This document shows, one piece after another, positions 49,144 to 61,071 of a DNA stretch of 64,000 nt; positions within the stretch are counted from its first letter, which is position 1, and the number at the start of each line of letters is the position of its first letter. Made by a program: the position numbers and the translations under genes. This stretch comes from Fimicolochytrium jonesii (taxonomy: Eukaryota): positions 310,001-374,000 of the forward strand of contig NW_026515692.1 of NCBI RefSeq assembly GCF_025526975.1. The letters run 5' to 3'. The notes beneath the pieces were generated by a model. That model saw only the letters and a program-made list of their open reading frames with translations, did not search any database and was not told the DNA's origin.

Positions 49144-51123
49144 TTACGCCGTCCACAACTTGATGGTCTTGTCAGTGCTTCCACTGAAGACTTGCTTCAG
49201 ATCCGGGGACGTCGCTAGGGCCAAGACTTCATCTCGGTGACCTGGGAACGTGTGCACGTTCTCCGCGGTATCCACGATCCATTCTTTGATGGTTTTGTCA
49301 ACGCCGCCGCTGAACAGCAGTGTACCGTCGCGTGATAGGGCGACGCAGCGGATGCCACTTGGATGGCCAGCGAACTTCTTTACAGAACGGGTGGTAGTGA
49401 CATTCCACTGGATGATGGTATTGTCCCCACTCCCGCTGAAAAGCATGGTCCCATCCTGTGAGAGCGCAATGCCGTTGACTTGGTCCGTGTGACCGGTAAA
49501 GATCTGGAGGGTCTCCCCCGTGGCAACATCCCACTGCCGGATAGTGAAGTCACCACTGGCGCTGAAGAGGTGCCGCCCGTCCGGAGATACTGCGAGCGAA
49601 TACACCTGGCCCGAATGGCCAGTGAAGGTGCCGATGTTTTCTCCCGTCTCCACGGACCACAGCTTGATTGTTTTGTCATAGCTGCCGCTGAAGACGAATC
49701 TCCCGTCAGGCGACAGAACAATAGTGTTGACACCGTCAGAGTGTCCAGGGAATTGTTGAAGGACATTCGCCGTGGAGATGTTCCACTGGATGATGGTGTG
49801 ATCGCCACTGCCGCTAAAGAGCGTTCCATCGGGCGAGAGAGCTAATCCGTTGACCCAGTCGCGATGACCCGCAAAGTTGCGGATTATCTGTCCGGTGATG
49901 TCCCACTGTTTCACGGTATGGTCTCTGCTAGCGCTGAAAAACTGTTTGCCATCTGCGGAGATTGCCATAGTATTGACTCCATCAGTGTGATTAACAAACG
50001 TACGCAGAGAACGATCCGCAACCGCCGTCGGAGTTGGAAGAATTGATGAAGTGGTGGTCGACGAGGTGGTAGGCTGCGTTGTGGACGCCGGAGCCTCGTG
50101 GTTTGATTGCATCAATTTGAAAACACCCGCAGCAATGCCGATGACGATGAGAACGCCAAAGACGGAGAGCGCCAAGTAGCGTCTTGATCTCGGCCAGGTG
50201 CGTACGCTGAACAAGGCGGCGCGGCCATTTTTTCCTTGACGCGTGCCGGTCGTGTTTCCGGGATCTCCTTGGCGTTCCATCCCAGGATTCGAAGCCGTCT
50301 CTATCTGGTCCCCATCGATTGCTACCAACGTATTTGTTGCAGAAGGATTCGTGACGGGTTGATGGGGGACATGCGTGTCCGTCTGTGATGAAAGCTTCGG
50401 GTAAACCGAGACAGGCCTAACAGTTGCGGCAACACCTGATCCCGATGTCGTAGGATTTGCAGGTCGCGCGGGATTCACAATCGGCGCCATCGGGGCCGGT
50501 GAAGCGGGCGCTTCTCGTAATGCTGCTGACTCGGGATCATCGGCACTGCGTGCCTGAGACTTTCCAGGAAACTCAAGGCGTGATGGCTCAGCACTCGTGG
50601 GTCGAAACGTGACGGCTCCACCAGGTAGGCGTTGATCCCCTTCCTCGTCGCCAACCAAAGCCTCACTGTAAGCCGGTGGAAGTGGCGCGAGGGAGTCCAC
50701 ATCGTCGACCGACCTCCTTACTTTGACCAGAAAGTCCAGGCGGGGTTGCTGTGCCGTATCCCTCGGAGCAAGCAAGGTCCACACATCCGCCAACGGGTCA
50801 TCCAGTTCGGTGACGCGAAACATGTCCTGGATGTGGGGAGGACTGCAGGTCAGAGAAACGCGCCTCAGCCGGTCGTCTGTGACGCCAAGCGCATCCTCCT
50901 CGTCGATTCGGTACAACGTAACGTCCGCAGCGGTGTAAGGTGTCTCTGGTCGTCCCCCCGCTCCTGCTGCTACTGCTGCGGAGTTTGAGAACGAAGTTTG
51001 AGCAAACACGAGGCTGCGAAGTTGCGCGACGGTGAATGTAGAAGCGAAATCCGACGGAACTTGCACGGCGAATACCCTCCGAGGATCGTCCCCGTACAGA
51101 AGGCAGAACAGAGTAGCCGCCAT
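49144..51123 (-). CDS. Crinkler(CRN)-type ubiquitin-like N-terminal domain, disordered linker, single TM and 7 WD40 repeats (intronless, 659 aa)
   Basis: The N-terminus TLFCLLYGD...FAVQV...TVAQLRSLV...ADVTLYRI...LDDPL...LDFLVKV resembles the CRN header domain. TM YLALSVFGVLIVIGIAAGVF; seven GH...W[D/N] WD40 repeats at the C-terminus. Confidence 0.85.
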   Translation of the reverse strand: MAATLFCLLYGDDPRRVFAVQVPSDFASTFTVAQLRSLVFAQTSFSNSAAVAAGAGGRPETPYTAADVTLYRIDEEDALGVTDDRLRRVSLTCSPPHIQDMFRVTELDDPLADVWTLLAPRDTAQQPRLDFLVKVRRSVDDVDSLAPLPPAYSEALVGDEEGDQRLPGGAVTFRPTSAEPSRLEFPGKSQARSADDPESAALREAPASPAPMAPIVNPARPANPTTSGSGVAATVRPVSVYPKLSSQTDTHVPHQPVTNPSATNTLVAIDGDQIETASNPGMERQGDPGNTTGTRQGKNGRAALFSVRTWPRSRRYLALSVFGVLIVIGIAAGVFKLMQSNHEAPASTTQPTTSSTTTSSILPTPTAVADRSLRTFVNHTDGVNTMAISADGKQFFSASRDHTVKQWDITGQIIRNFAGHRDWVNGLALSPDGTLFSGSGDHTIIQWNISTANVLQQFPGHSDGVNTIVLSPDGRFVFSGSYDKTIKLWSVETGENIGTFTGHSGQVYSLAVSPDGRHLFSASGDFTIRQWDVATGETLQIFTGHTDQVNGIALSQDGTMLFSGSGDNTIIQWNVTTTRSVKKFAGHPSGIRCVALSRDGTLLFSGGVDKTIKEWIVDTAENVHTFPGHRDEVLALATSPDLKQVFSGSTDKTIKLWTA

Positions 51124-53198
51124 TGCTGCTGCTGCAAATGATTGTGAGTGGGAGGGAACAAACCAAGGCGTACTGTACTAGCCTGTCTTAAATAGGAAGG
51201 TCGCATACGCAAGAGAAGGCGTTGCCGCTGGCGGCACAAGCGGTCGGTTACACGAACCCCCCTCATTGAATAGTATTCATGACCGGACGACATATGTGTG
51301 TAGTAGTGTACAGCTGCATACAGTACCGTACAACCGCCCTTGTGAAGCGCACCGGTTGCCTCTACATGTACAGTACAGTCTGAGTAGGCTGCCAGATATC
51401 AGGTTACGACGGGTTGTTGAGCCTCCGTGTGCAACCCAGAAGTCACCGGCCAGCTGCCGTCAATTTCCAGGACAGGCAGGCCGGCGACTTCTGTTGGTGG
51501 CCATCTCGGCCCAGAGAGTAAACAGCCAACGCCGTCGCCAAGATTGCCAAGAGGCCGACATTGCCTCCGGCATTTTGACAACCTCAGACATGTATGGTTG
51601 ATCTCTTCTGGGGGGGTCATCAGTGCTCTCCCCGTCGTGTGCTGGTGTGGTTGTTGTCAAGTGCTGGGGTTGTGTGGTTGTCAAATTGTACCTGACTGTA
51701 ACTCACGGCATTGTACAGTATACCCAGGTATCTGGCCACCTACTGTATTACATGCCGCTCGAGATCCAAACTGCCAGTCAATACTATAGGCGAAGCGTCG
51801 TGCACGATCTGCTTTAGAGGCGTCAAGGAAAGACAAGTTGTATCATGAACGGGTCCGGGGACAGAGACACAGGTAGGATAACCGGAGCCAACTTCCAAGA
51901 AGTATTGTCGAGTAGGTTAAAGGCAAAACGGAATTTGAACAGACCGTACATGGACGGAATGCCTGGCACGCTGATGCTTTTTCTTAAAGCCGCTCAAAGC
52001 GCTTTGCTGGCACACTGGCAGGATCATCCCTGGAAAGTGAGAACATAGTGCCGATTGCTTTACGGCAATCGGGGAGGGCAAAACGAACTGAGCGCGATGT
52101 TGGCGCCTGGCTGTTGGAGCTTTCCCACGTGAATTCCATTGCGGCGGTCTCAAGAACGTACGGCTTGCCTATTGCGTGAACTCTGATTGCCATGGCCCCC
52201 CGGTTAATGCGTGACAGCCATCCCATCCCCACTGCAGACCCGCTAAATATCGCCCTCTTGGCGGGCTTTGCCAACGTCCCCTCTCCCCGCTCGCACATAA
52301 CGGTTTTCCCAGGGTGCAGCTGACAGTCTCTTCCTCGTCTCGGCTCTACGCGTGTCTCTCAGCCGGTAAGATCAGGAAGAGATCCTCGACTATGCTCGGT
52401 GGTCTTTCTATTCTGGTATCTTCGCCAGAGGAAGAACTCGCCATCTTCCCTGGACATCTTCCCTGGTTATCGTTGAATATATCTGTTTCTTGAAGGTTGT
52501 GAGTGCTGGAAGAGCCTCGAGTGACCAGCAGAAACCAGGGTCCGTAGGCTTGACTCTGTGGTTGTACTCCGTGCCACTTGGGACTTCTGGTTCGATGCAC
52601 AGGTTTGGAACTTGCGAACCCGTTCAGCCCGTTTGTGGCGAGCGGGGAAATGAATGTGGAGGGCTTACAGGGCGTGATGACTCAGCAATTGACGGAATCC
52701 GACAGCGTGGCAGCAAAGCGGGAAGTCAATCGCGAATTGCGCTCAGTGACGCTCGGTGACGCTTGCCATAGGCAAACTTCCTTTGAACGCACTCGTGTGA
52801 AGGAAACAAGCTGTTACCTATGGCCATGAGCTAGCTTTCGCTCCCGCACCCTATAAGGAGGATTGATTCGGTCGCATGCCCTGCGGCCGTGCCCATACGC
52901 ATCAATTACCCATAGAACCTTCAATTTCCAGTAACATCCAAAGAAACAGCAAACGTGGCCAAGTCCTTCTAACTCGGCGCTCCTTCCCACGGCTCACCAG
53001 CGCGGCGTCTCATTTGATTCGAACAGTCAACAGACCCGGTCCATATTTGACAGAGCCTGCAAGGAATGGTCTTGCCGTCACAGGAGGACGGCACAGTGGA
53101 GGAAGGAAAACGCCGGCCCAGCCACCTCACCCCTGGATGTTACAGTCCGCCCTTTGCCCTGTTCCTGATAGGTAAAGGTTGATCAACGGCAGAGAGAT

Positions 53199-55031
53199 TT
53201 GCATACCCCACCTCGTCTCATGCAATACCTTGTAGTTCTTGTCATTGTCGCAGTTGCGGTAACAAGTGCCATCATAAGCCAGCTCGCTTTCCGTGGATGG
53301 AATTCGACGGTTGACCATAGTAAGAAAGCGTTTACATTCCATACCTTCCAGAGTCTATTGCTGATGTACTATTTTCGCAGGCACCGCCCTGATTTTTGAA
53401 TCCAGTTTGCAAAGAAGTTACGATGCGGTGACGAGCATACTCACTGGGGGGACGGCAGCTCTGGACGCCGTTCTCGCGAGCCATGCCGTCCGGAGTATGG
53501 CCACCGATATGAACCCCGATACGAGATTAAAGTTTTCTGATTACCCGGATGCGTATGTGCGCCACCTGTATCCGAGCAGTCACTCCTTCATCCGAAGCCT
53601 TATGTATCTTCTCGCAGAATCTCCACTATTTACCACACCGCCAAACGAACTAACGGCGCGGCCAACATGGGGCTTGCCACCGGCGCGCAACCCAAAGCCA
53701 ATCTCTTGCTAGCTTTCCCCAACGTCCCATGGATACTAGACACAACGGGCAAGGATCTAGGTTTTTTCCTTGTGCAAGACGGATCGACCCCGTTAAATCA
53801 GGCAATCGGGAGCGATTACTACTTCAATGCGCTGTTCCAAAAACTGGCAATCGCGGGGCCTACGGGATTGGTTCAGTGGAGCTTGCTGCCCCCGATCCCC
53901 GCCCTCGACCCGCCAGGCCATCAGTACCCCATAGATCTCCCCGCCACAGATCCTGCGTCAAACGTCTCCGTCGGGATATGGGCGCCGATCAAGACTGACA
54001 AGGCGGGCATGCATTTTCCGTTGTACCGGAAATACTGGTGAGTATCAGAGCGAGCTTCGCGTCGTCTGGAGGTCAAACGAGAGCGAGGGGGCCTATATGA
54101 CAAAGCTCATCGTTTCGTTGACGCAGGAAGAATCAGCCTTTAGGGAGTGCGACGCCGAACGAGGACCATGAGGGAATGGGCATTGTTGCGCTGTCAGTTC
54201 GCTCGATTGAGGCGTTCCTGATGTCGATATATACGTCAGACAATGCTGTGTTGCTTATCTGGTACATCAGCGGAGCATCACAGAAGAATGTTTCGCGCTT
54301 CGCAATGATCCTGACCTTTGAATCCTTTATATAGCGAAGCGAACGGGTCCATGGTGGCAGCATCGGTCCCTGACCAAACGCAAATAGGCAACACAACGGA
54401 GCGATACAGCGCGACATCCGCACCAAACCCGTTAATCCAACAGACCGCCCGGTACCTCGCAGGCATGTCCGGCGGTCTTGCGGGGCTCGGCCACCGGTTT
54501 GGAGGGTCTTTCGAAAGCTCAATGGGCACGACGCTCGTCAGCACCAGGCGCCTGCAGGACAGCGGCGGTCTGAACTGGATTTTGATCCTCAGCGCACCAC
54601 AGTCCGATTTCACCGGCACGCTCTCGCAGACGCAAAAGACCATTATAATAGCCATCGTAGTTACGGCCGTCACCGCCGCGGCAATATCCGCGGGCGTCGC
54701 CTACGCGCTCGTTTACCCCATCCGCCGTCTCTGTCTCTTCATGGAACAAGCGACCGATTTTGATTTTTCAGCGGTCAGGAGCGATTTCTTCGCCAAGAAG
54801 CTCACGTTGGATCCGAGGGAGATTGTCATCTGCAAAAAGGTCTTTTTGGTCATGCTCACGAGGTTTGCAACCGCTGTTCAAAGCTCGCGCCAAGGCTCCA
54901 GTGTACGAAGTGCGCCTCGAAGTGCGCAGGACGGGATTAAACAGACCCCTGCCGCGAAGATGATCAATGCGTTGACAAGAAGCGAAGTGACGAGGGATGC
55001 ACCCGCGACACGGTATGGATGCGACATGTGA
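53199..55031 (+). CDS. TM-extracellular Cache-like domain-TM-HAMP membrane sensor lacking a catalytic output domain (start uncertain; ATG at 53220 or an upstream exon)
   Basis: Four GT-AG introns keep the frame. TM1 YLVVLVIVAVAVTSAII; Cache-type GSMVAASVP...NPLIQQTARYL...GGLNWILILSAPQSDF; TM2 IIIAIVVTAVTAAAISAGVAYALV; HAMP-like YPIRRLCLFMEQATDFDFS...REI...FLVMLTRF; short tail. Confidence 0.7.
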
Positions 55032-55389
55032 ACATGCAGCCTATGCTCGAGACAGTGCAGACTGGGACCCTATATATTCCGTAGCGATGCCCAAGTTGCA
55101 GAAAGGACATTAGTGAACGCCCAGTGGAGATGTCGAAGTCTGTTGCCGCTTTGCACATCACGACAATTTGTTCGTCTTTTAGATAGGATCGTCTCACACT
55201 CGGATAACCCGGAATGTCAGCTTTATTTGGTGTACAGTTGCAGAATCTGAAGAGCTTGATATATAGGAAAGACAAGCCCCATGTCTTCCTGTTGCGCCAG
55301 GGATTCCTATGATGCTCAAATTAGTGCTTACCCGATGAAGCGCAAACTATACTGACGCGCATACGCACTGCAGTCTAACGTTTCGAGAC

Positions 55390-55680
55390 ACCGCCCCAAG
55401 ACAGCGTTTCGGAAACTTTCAATCGCGAGTGCTACCCATGGGACTTTCGTCGGCGCCAGCAGCGTGGACTCGTTACATGATCACTCTCTTCTCCGATCTC
55501 ATTGATCAGGGATTAGTCGTATACATGGCCGATTTGCTTACCTATTCGAAGGATGACGCCACGCACCGATCCCTGTTAGACGAGCTCCTTCGACGTTTAA
55601 GCGCTCAACGGGTTCGCAGCCAAATTATCCAAGTGCAAAGTTCTACGCCGAATCAGCACTTTTTGCGGCATTGTCGTGAC
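55390..55680 (+). mobile_element. Degraded Ty3/gypsy-type reverse transcriptase fragment
   Basis: KTAF...VLPMGLSSAPAAWTRYMITLFSDLIDQGLVVYMADLLTYSKDDATHRSLLDELLRRL matches the gypsy RT consensus MPFGL.NAPA.FQR.M...YxDDILIYS...H...L; YxDD is mutated to YMAD, with frameshifts. Confidence 0.8.
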
Positions 55681-56558
55681 GCGTGACGAAGGCCGAAAAC
55701 TCCGCCGAAAACGCCGTCAGTAGCCCGTCATTTCATATTCTGAGGCCTACCATGCCGCCGCAGCAATGGGAAGAAAGTGTCCTCCGGCCCTCCCGAGCAG
55801 TCCTGAGTGGCCTCCAGAAGGCTGGGAGGTGTCCTGTAGGAAAAAGAAAACGCCATTCTGAGAATGGGTTATGCGAGCATACGGCATGGGCGATTGAGAG
55901 CATTTCTAGTCACCTATCACCGCTTTTCCTAAATTTCAAATCTTCAATGCGGTTTTGCTATTGCACAGTTGGCAAATTGACGTCCCCGGAGGAGTGGCAG
56001 GATATATATATGTCCCGGGGAAAGGCAGTGTTTCCAACGTCTAGAATCGGCACTGTTGCTACTATATATATAAGTAGACAAGCTGAAGGCATATCGAAAA
56101 CCTTTGCTTCGCCACTTCGCTGGTTGCAAAGATATATCTCTGACCCTCTCCGTCTTACATCTCTCCCGTCTCCGTTCGTTCTCTCGCCCTTTGCTAACAC
56201 ACCTATCTCGACAAACCATCCAGCACATTCAGGTCTAGCGGAAGATGTGTCCCACGATGAGCAGGTCCCCTTTCGATATTCTCGCTTGAAAAAGTAGTCC
56301 GCCGTGAGCAAGAACGAGGGCTTGTATATGTAGTGAAGGACTACGGAGACCATGACCCGGTTAGTTTCGCAATTCGACCTATTGCGTTTTGACAGCTCCA
56401 GTGACAGCTTCCGAAGTTACTGCAAAAGGGGCTTTTTCACTTCGTTGTTAAACATATCTTGCTTACTCATACTCTTTCCTCTACATTTGCCTCGCTTCTC
56501 TCGCTCGCATACGCTTTCGTTCATTTCTGGTCATTCGATCCCCCTTCGACATCGGAAC

Positions 56559-57471
56559 ATGAAACTCACCATCAACACCGCCTTGGCCGCCATTTGATGC
56601 TCCCTTTCGTGCTGCCCGGAAACAGGTCGACTCTGTTAGGGGCATCCCCGATGCAGGCGTTCTGCCACAGTTGCCAGTGGGAACTGTAAGTGCTGTCAAC
56701 TCATGCATAGTGAGCATCGCCGAAGCTTTGCCTGAGTTTCGACGCAGACATTGGACAACGTATCAACTCTGCCCAATCCCCAGAATTGGTGGCCTGTACC
56801 GGCAGCATGGCCAACAATTGGGACTACCGCTACCGGCCCAACGCATACTAGCGTCATCAAGCACGGCCTCCGGCTTTTTTGGCAGATGTTCACGGTCGAT
56901 GAAATTGTTCAACCGTTTGCCTTTTATTGCAAAACAGTCCTGAATCCTGCCATTCCTCAACGCGTTTTTATCCAAGACTATCAGGTGAGCGCTTCATTTG
57001 CGACATTGAGTAGTTTGCAGCCTCCATCCCTGTCCAAGCTGGTCTGATCGTAGATAATGGTCGACATATTTTGCAGAGCCGTTCGCCTAGCGAACTTAGG
57101 CAGCTGATCTTGCAGCACCTTCCGGAGATACGAGTGGAGGCCACCAGAACCCGACGCGTATATACGGAAACAACTTTGGCGCCCACGGTTACCCGAGACA
57201 TTCTTCGCATTCCTCCCGAATTCTACCAAGAATGCGTTGAGGAAACGGTGGCGGTGGCTATGATGGTTTGAATTGGGCGGTGGCTATGATAAACCAAGTC
57301 ATCTGGGCTGTAAGACCATTCCGATCGAGTAGCTTGGCACCCATGCCAGGTCTGGGTGTCGAGAATAGGTTTCTCACACCTACGGCCACGGAGGTGGTCT
57401 ACGAAACGGACGATCTGCCCCTGGAGGAGAGGGGGGCGCAAACCGCACCGGCTGGTCCGGCCCCCGCCTGA
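56559..57471 (+). pseudogene. Possible disrupted gene for a secreted protein of unknown function
   Basis: Signal-peptide-like MKLTINTALAAI followed by a stop/frameshift; plausible GTAAGT/GTGAGC donors and short coding-like exons; no recognisable family. Confidence 0.25.
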
Positions 57472-57473
57472 CT

Positions 57474-57766
57474 AGAAGTGCGTCGTCGTTCTTCCCGACG
57501 CGACGCACTTCTCGTCAGCGGCGTCGAGGCGTTTAGGTGATGCTAACCTTCGATTGGACGCTTGTTTCTCGTGTACTTACCCGAGTCGGAGGAGGAATCA
57601 GAAGGAACTCGCTCCCCTGCTTCCTTCTGATTCCTCCTCCGAGTCGGGTATGTCCGACAGGGGAGCGAGTTCCTTCTGATTCCTCCTCCGAGTCGGGTAT
57701 GCAAATCCGTTGAACGGCGTAAAGAAAGGTGTTCGGTGTTCGGAGCGCGTTCTTTACGCCTTTCAA
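57474..57766. repeat. Cluster of inverted repeats (three consecutive hairpins)
   Basis: 12-bp perfect stem AGAAGTGCGTCG/CGACGCACTTCT (about 57475-57512). 42-bp IR 57578-57619 / 57658-57699 (1 mismatch) enclosing a 30-nt duplicate of the right arm. 17-bp IR about 57710-57726 / 57750-57766 (1 mismatch). Confidence 0.85.
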
Positions 57767-58236
57767 TCTGAGGAAAGTTCCATGAAGGGAAGGCACAAGA
57801 AAGAAAGGGTCTCCCGGCTTCGCTCCCCGGCCTTTCACATCCACAAACACGCCCTCGGAGGGACTTCAGTGCGGCGGAACTACGGTCGCCGGCGACTTCG
57901 ACAATGCACCAATGGAAAGTCGCCAGTGTAGAGGCCATGGGAAGATCAAGCCGTTCTGTCGGTGCAAACGAAGGCAAGCGTGACGAAGGCAAGGCGGTCG
58001 CCGTCAGAAACCCGTCATTTCCAGGTCATGCGCATTTATCAAACATAGGGCCAACCGGCCAAACAAGCAGAAAAGGTCTGGAACTTCGACGTCAAACACA
58101 GGCGGAAGTAAACATCTGCATTGTTCAAGTCATACGGTGTTGAACACTCCCTCATGATCCCAGTTTCATTTCGTACATCTGGACATAATAGTCTTCGCGG
58201 GTGGTGGCTGAACGACATGAAAAGGTCATTGTCCCC

Positions 58237-58506
58237 GCCGATGCCTTTCGATCTGCACGACATTCGGTGATTTTGAACCGGAGAGCTGACTCATTTAACC
58301 TTGCTGAGGACGTTGTTGACGTGGGATGGGGAGACGTATTCTACCTGTACGCGATGAATGGGGTTACATGAATCGCTCATGGTATTCGCCGCTTGTCGCC
58401 GATGCCTTTCGACCCGCACGACATTCGGTAATTTTGAACCGGAGAGCAGACTCAAGCCTAACCTTGATGAGGGCGTTTTTGACGTGGGGGGATGGGGACC
58501 TGTACC
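58237..58506 (+). repeat. Diverged tandem duplication (about 160-nt period)
   Basis: CCGATGCCTTTCGA..GCACGACATTCGGT.ATTTTGAACCGGAGAGC.GACTCA...TTGACGTGGG...ACCTGTAC occurs at about 58238 and about 58399. Confidence 0.85.
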
Positions 58507-58698
58507 CGATGAAAGGAGTTTGGTGAAGGTCCCGAGCCCTTAAATGCCAAGCCAGCACCTCTCGGGAAGCCTCGGGAAGCCATCGCAAACGGCAAAAATT
58601 GCCAGCATTGCAGGCACTGGGAGATCGTACCCAAACGGCAAAAACGGACACTGGGAGATCGTACCCTCCGACGATACTGTCAAAGTCAACTGATCAAG

Positions 58699-61071
58699 AT
58701 GAGCAACCGAGACTCGACCGGGAGCAAGGACAACATTGGGGACCTCGCTCAGGAATCGAGCCATAAGCACAAAGCGACGTGGCTGCCGGCGATCCCGTTG
58801 ACCCTCTTGGCGCCGGTCTTGATCGGGCTGGCCTTGCTCGGTGTGCTGCTTCCGGTACTGGGCGGAAGAGTGGCCAGAAAGAAGAATGATTTTCCTCACG
58901 CTGATGCTAACGTGCTCTGCTCAACTTGGAACTTCTAGAATACAATTATTTTGACGAATGCGAGCGACGAAACGGCCCAGCTAGTCACTCAAAAATACCT
59001 TTCGGAGCTCATCTCAGATGTATGGAAAAGATCGCATTAGACTCTCTCGAGTGGGCATCGAATAGCTTACTCGCAGGGCAGGTTTCCTTCCGCTGCCAAA
59101 CCCCAATAGCGGCGATCCTGCCTGTGATCCAATCGGCGGTGGCAAACGCCGACATTACGGATCTGTTTGCTGGACGTAAGTGGTTGATATGGCCATTCAA
59201 CGTTCGCTGATCTAGATTTGTGGTGAGGGTGCATGATCTGACTCCCATCATCCATCCAGCACGGACCTCGTTCCAGATGTCCGGGGTGGCTCCATACGTG
59301 GCCATATTGCGGCAGAAAAATGGTCTTGATAATCTCGTATGCTCGACCGCAAGCTGGCGAGCTGGATACGACGAAACGTAGGGTGTTTATGTATGCGTGC
59401 TTCCGGAAGCTGTTTGTTCTGACCGCCGTGCTTGCATTTAGCAACTCACCGGTTCTCAACACAACGAGCGTGTCCCGAGCAATAGTGAGGAGACGGAGAT
59501 ACTGCATTCCAGCGGATTCGTGTTCATGGTCTAATTCTGTTCGATCCCTTGAAGATAAATTCCCTAAAGAATCCGGCCACCGGAAACGATGACACGATCG
59601 CTTTCCTCGACGACGACAAGCCCACTCAGTTCCGGGCATACGACCTGGACCCACTGAGTAAGTCGCTCCATTCGTGTGCGCTCAACTAGTTGACTAACCC
59701 TGCCGCAATAGCTCACCGAATTCTCAACACGTCGAATCCTCTTGTATTTCCTTATCCTGACTACACGATGTCGATGCAGATGGCGCTCAAGAAAAAACCA
59801 ACGTTTGGTGTCCCGTACTTTCTCCTCAGCACGGTTTCAAACAGCGGATACACGGGCGCCTATTTGGGCCTTACCCGTGTCGACGGCAATCCGGTCTGGG
59901 GATGCAGTGGTGGCATCAACGTCGGTGCGTCGTGGATTACCATGCTGCAGAAAATCAAGCCCATGGAGCGGAGCAGTAAGTCTGCATCCGCGTCAGTGCA
60001 ATTCTTTGCCGTGTGGTATCCTGATCTCAATTGAACGTCACTTTTAGTCGTCGCAATCCTCCAACTCGATGACCTGTTCTTCCCCACGAACTTCACGGTG
60101 TTGTCCAGCAGCAACATGGTAACGACGGGCGTAAGTATCGATGCACGTGGGAATCCACAATACGCCACTGCCAAAGTGGACGAGCGGACCGCCAGTATGC
60201 GCCTGCAAATCATGCAGAAGTTCCCGACTGTCAGCGCTGCAGAGGCGGCCGCGTTGTCCAACACGTCTTTTGAAATTACCTTGGATAATGAGCGCTTTGT
60301 AAGTTTGGAACATAGCTGTAACTGCGTCGTGCTCGTAATGAAATCCCCCCCGGGGCACTGTAGATCGCGATGATGGGCGTTACTCGGTTCGCATTCAACT
60401 ACCGAGTCCTTAATGTAGTGACAATGCCAAGAGACGAGGTACGGTTTCTGGCACTTGTCCGCTTTCTTCATTGTGACTGGAGTTTTGATTCCGGCCTTTT
60501 CACCTTTCGTAGATCTATGGAAAGATCGACGCCGCCCGCACTCGCAGCAGAGCCATGTCCATCGGCATCAGTGTCGGAGTGACGGCACTGATCGCCGCCA
60601 TCTTTGTCGCCGCCGTGTTGCCGCTTTTCTCGCTCGCTCAACAAATGGAAGGGTTAACAAAGCTCGACTTTGGAACGCTAGAATCTTCCGGGGCTCTCGA
60701 CCGTCGCTCCTGGGTGTGGGAGGTAAGTTGTCTCGAATTTCGCTTCCTCCTACTTTGTGCAAAGACCAGCGATGAACACCTATACCGTCCCATAGCTCCG
60801 AAAAGTCCAGATCGTGTTCGCAACTATGGTCAAAGCATTGTAAGTCTTCCTCCAGGGGCGCATCGGAAACTCATTTTCCGCTGACACCTTCACTCTTCCA
60901 AAATGCAGCGCGGGAGCGATCAAAAAGAACAAACAAATGCTCAACAAGAATCATAACACTGGAAGCTCTGTTTCAGCCGCCGGCTCGAAGCAAACTAACA
61001 CCGCCGTGACCGTGGATCCTGCGGCTTCACGCAAGGCTATTGCGGCTCGTGTTGCCAATGACATTGTGTAG
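58699..61071 (+). CDS. TM-extracellular Cache-like domain-TM-HAMP membrane sensor lacking a catalytic output domain, multi-exon
   Basis: Exon 1 MSNRDST...IPLTLLAPVLIGLALLGVLLP|NTIILTNAS...; many short GT-AG introns. C-terminal exons VVTMPRDE|IYGKIDAARTRSRAMSIGISVGVTALIAAIFVAAVLPLFSLAQQMEGLTKLDFGTLE...WE|LRKVQIVFATMVKA|FAGAIKKNKQML...VANDIV* (TAG 61069-61071). Not every middle exon was frame-checked. Confidence 0.7.
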
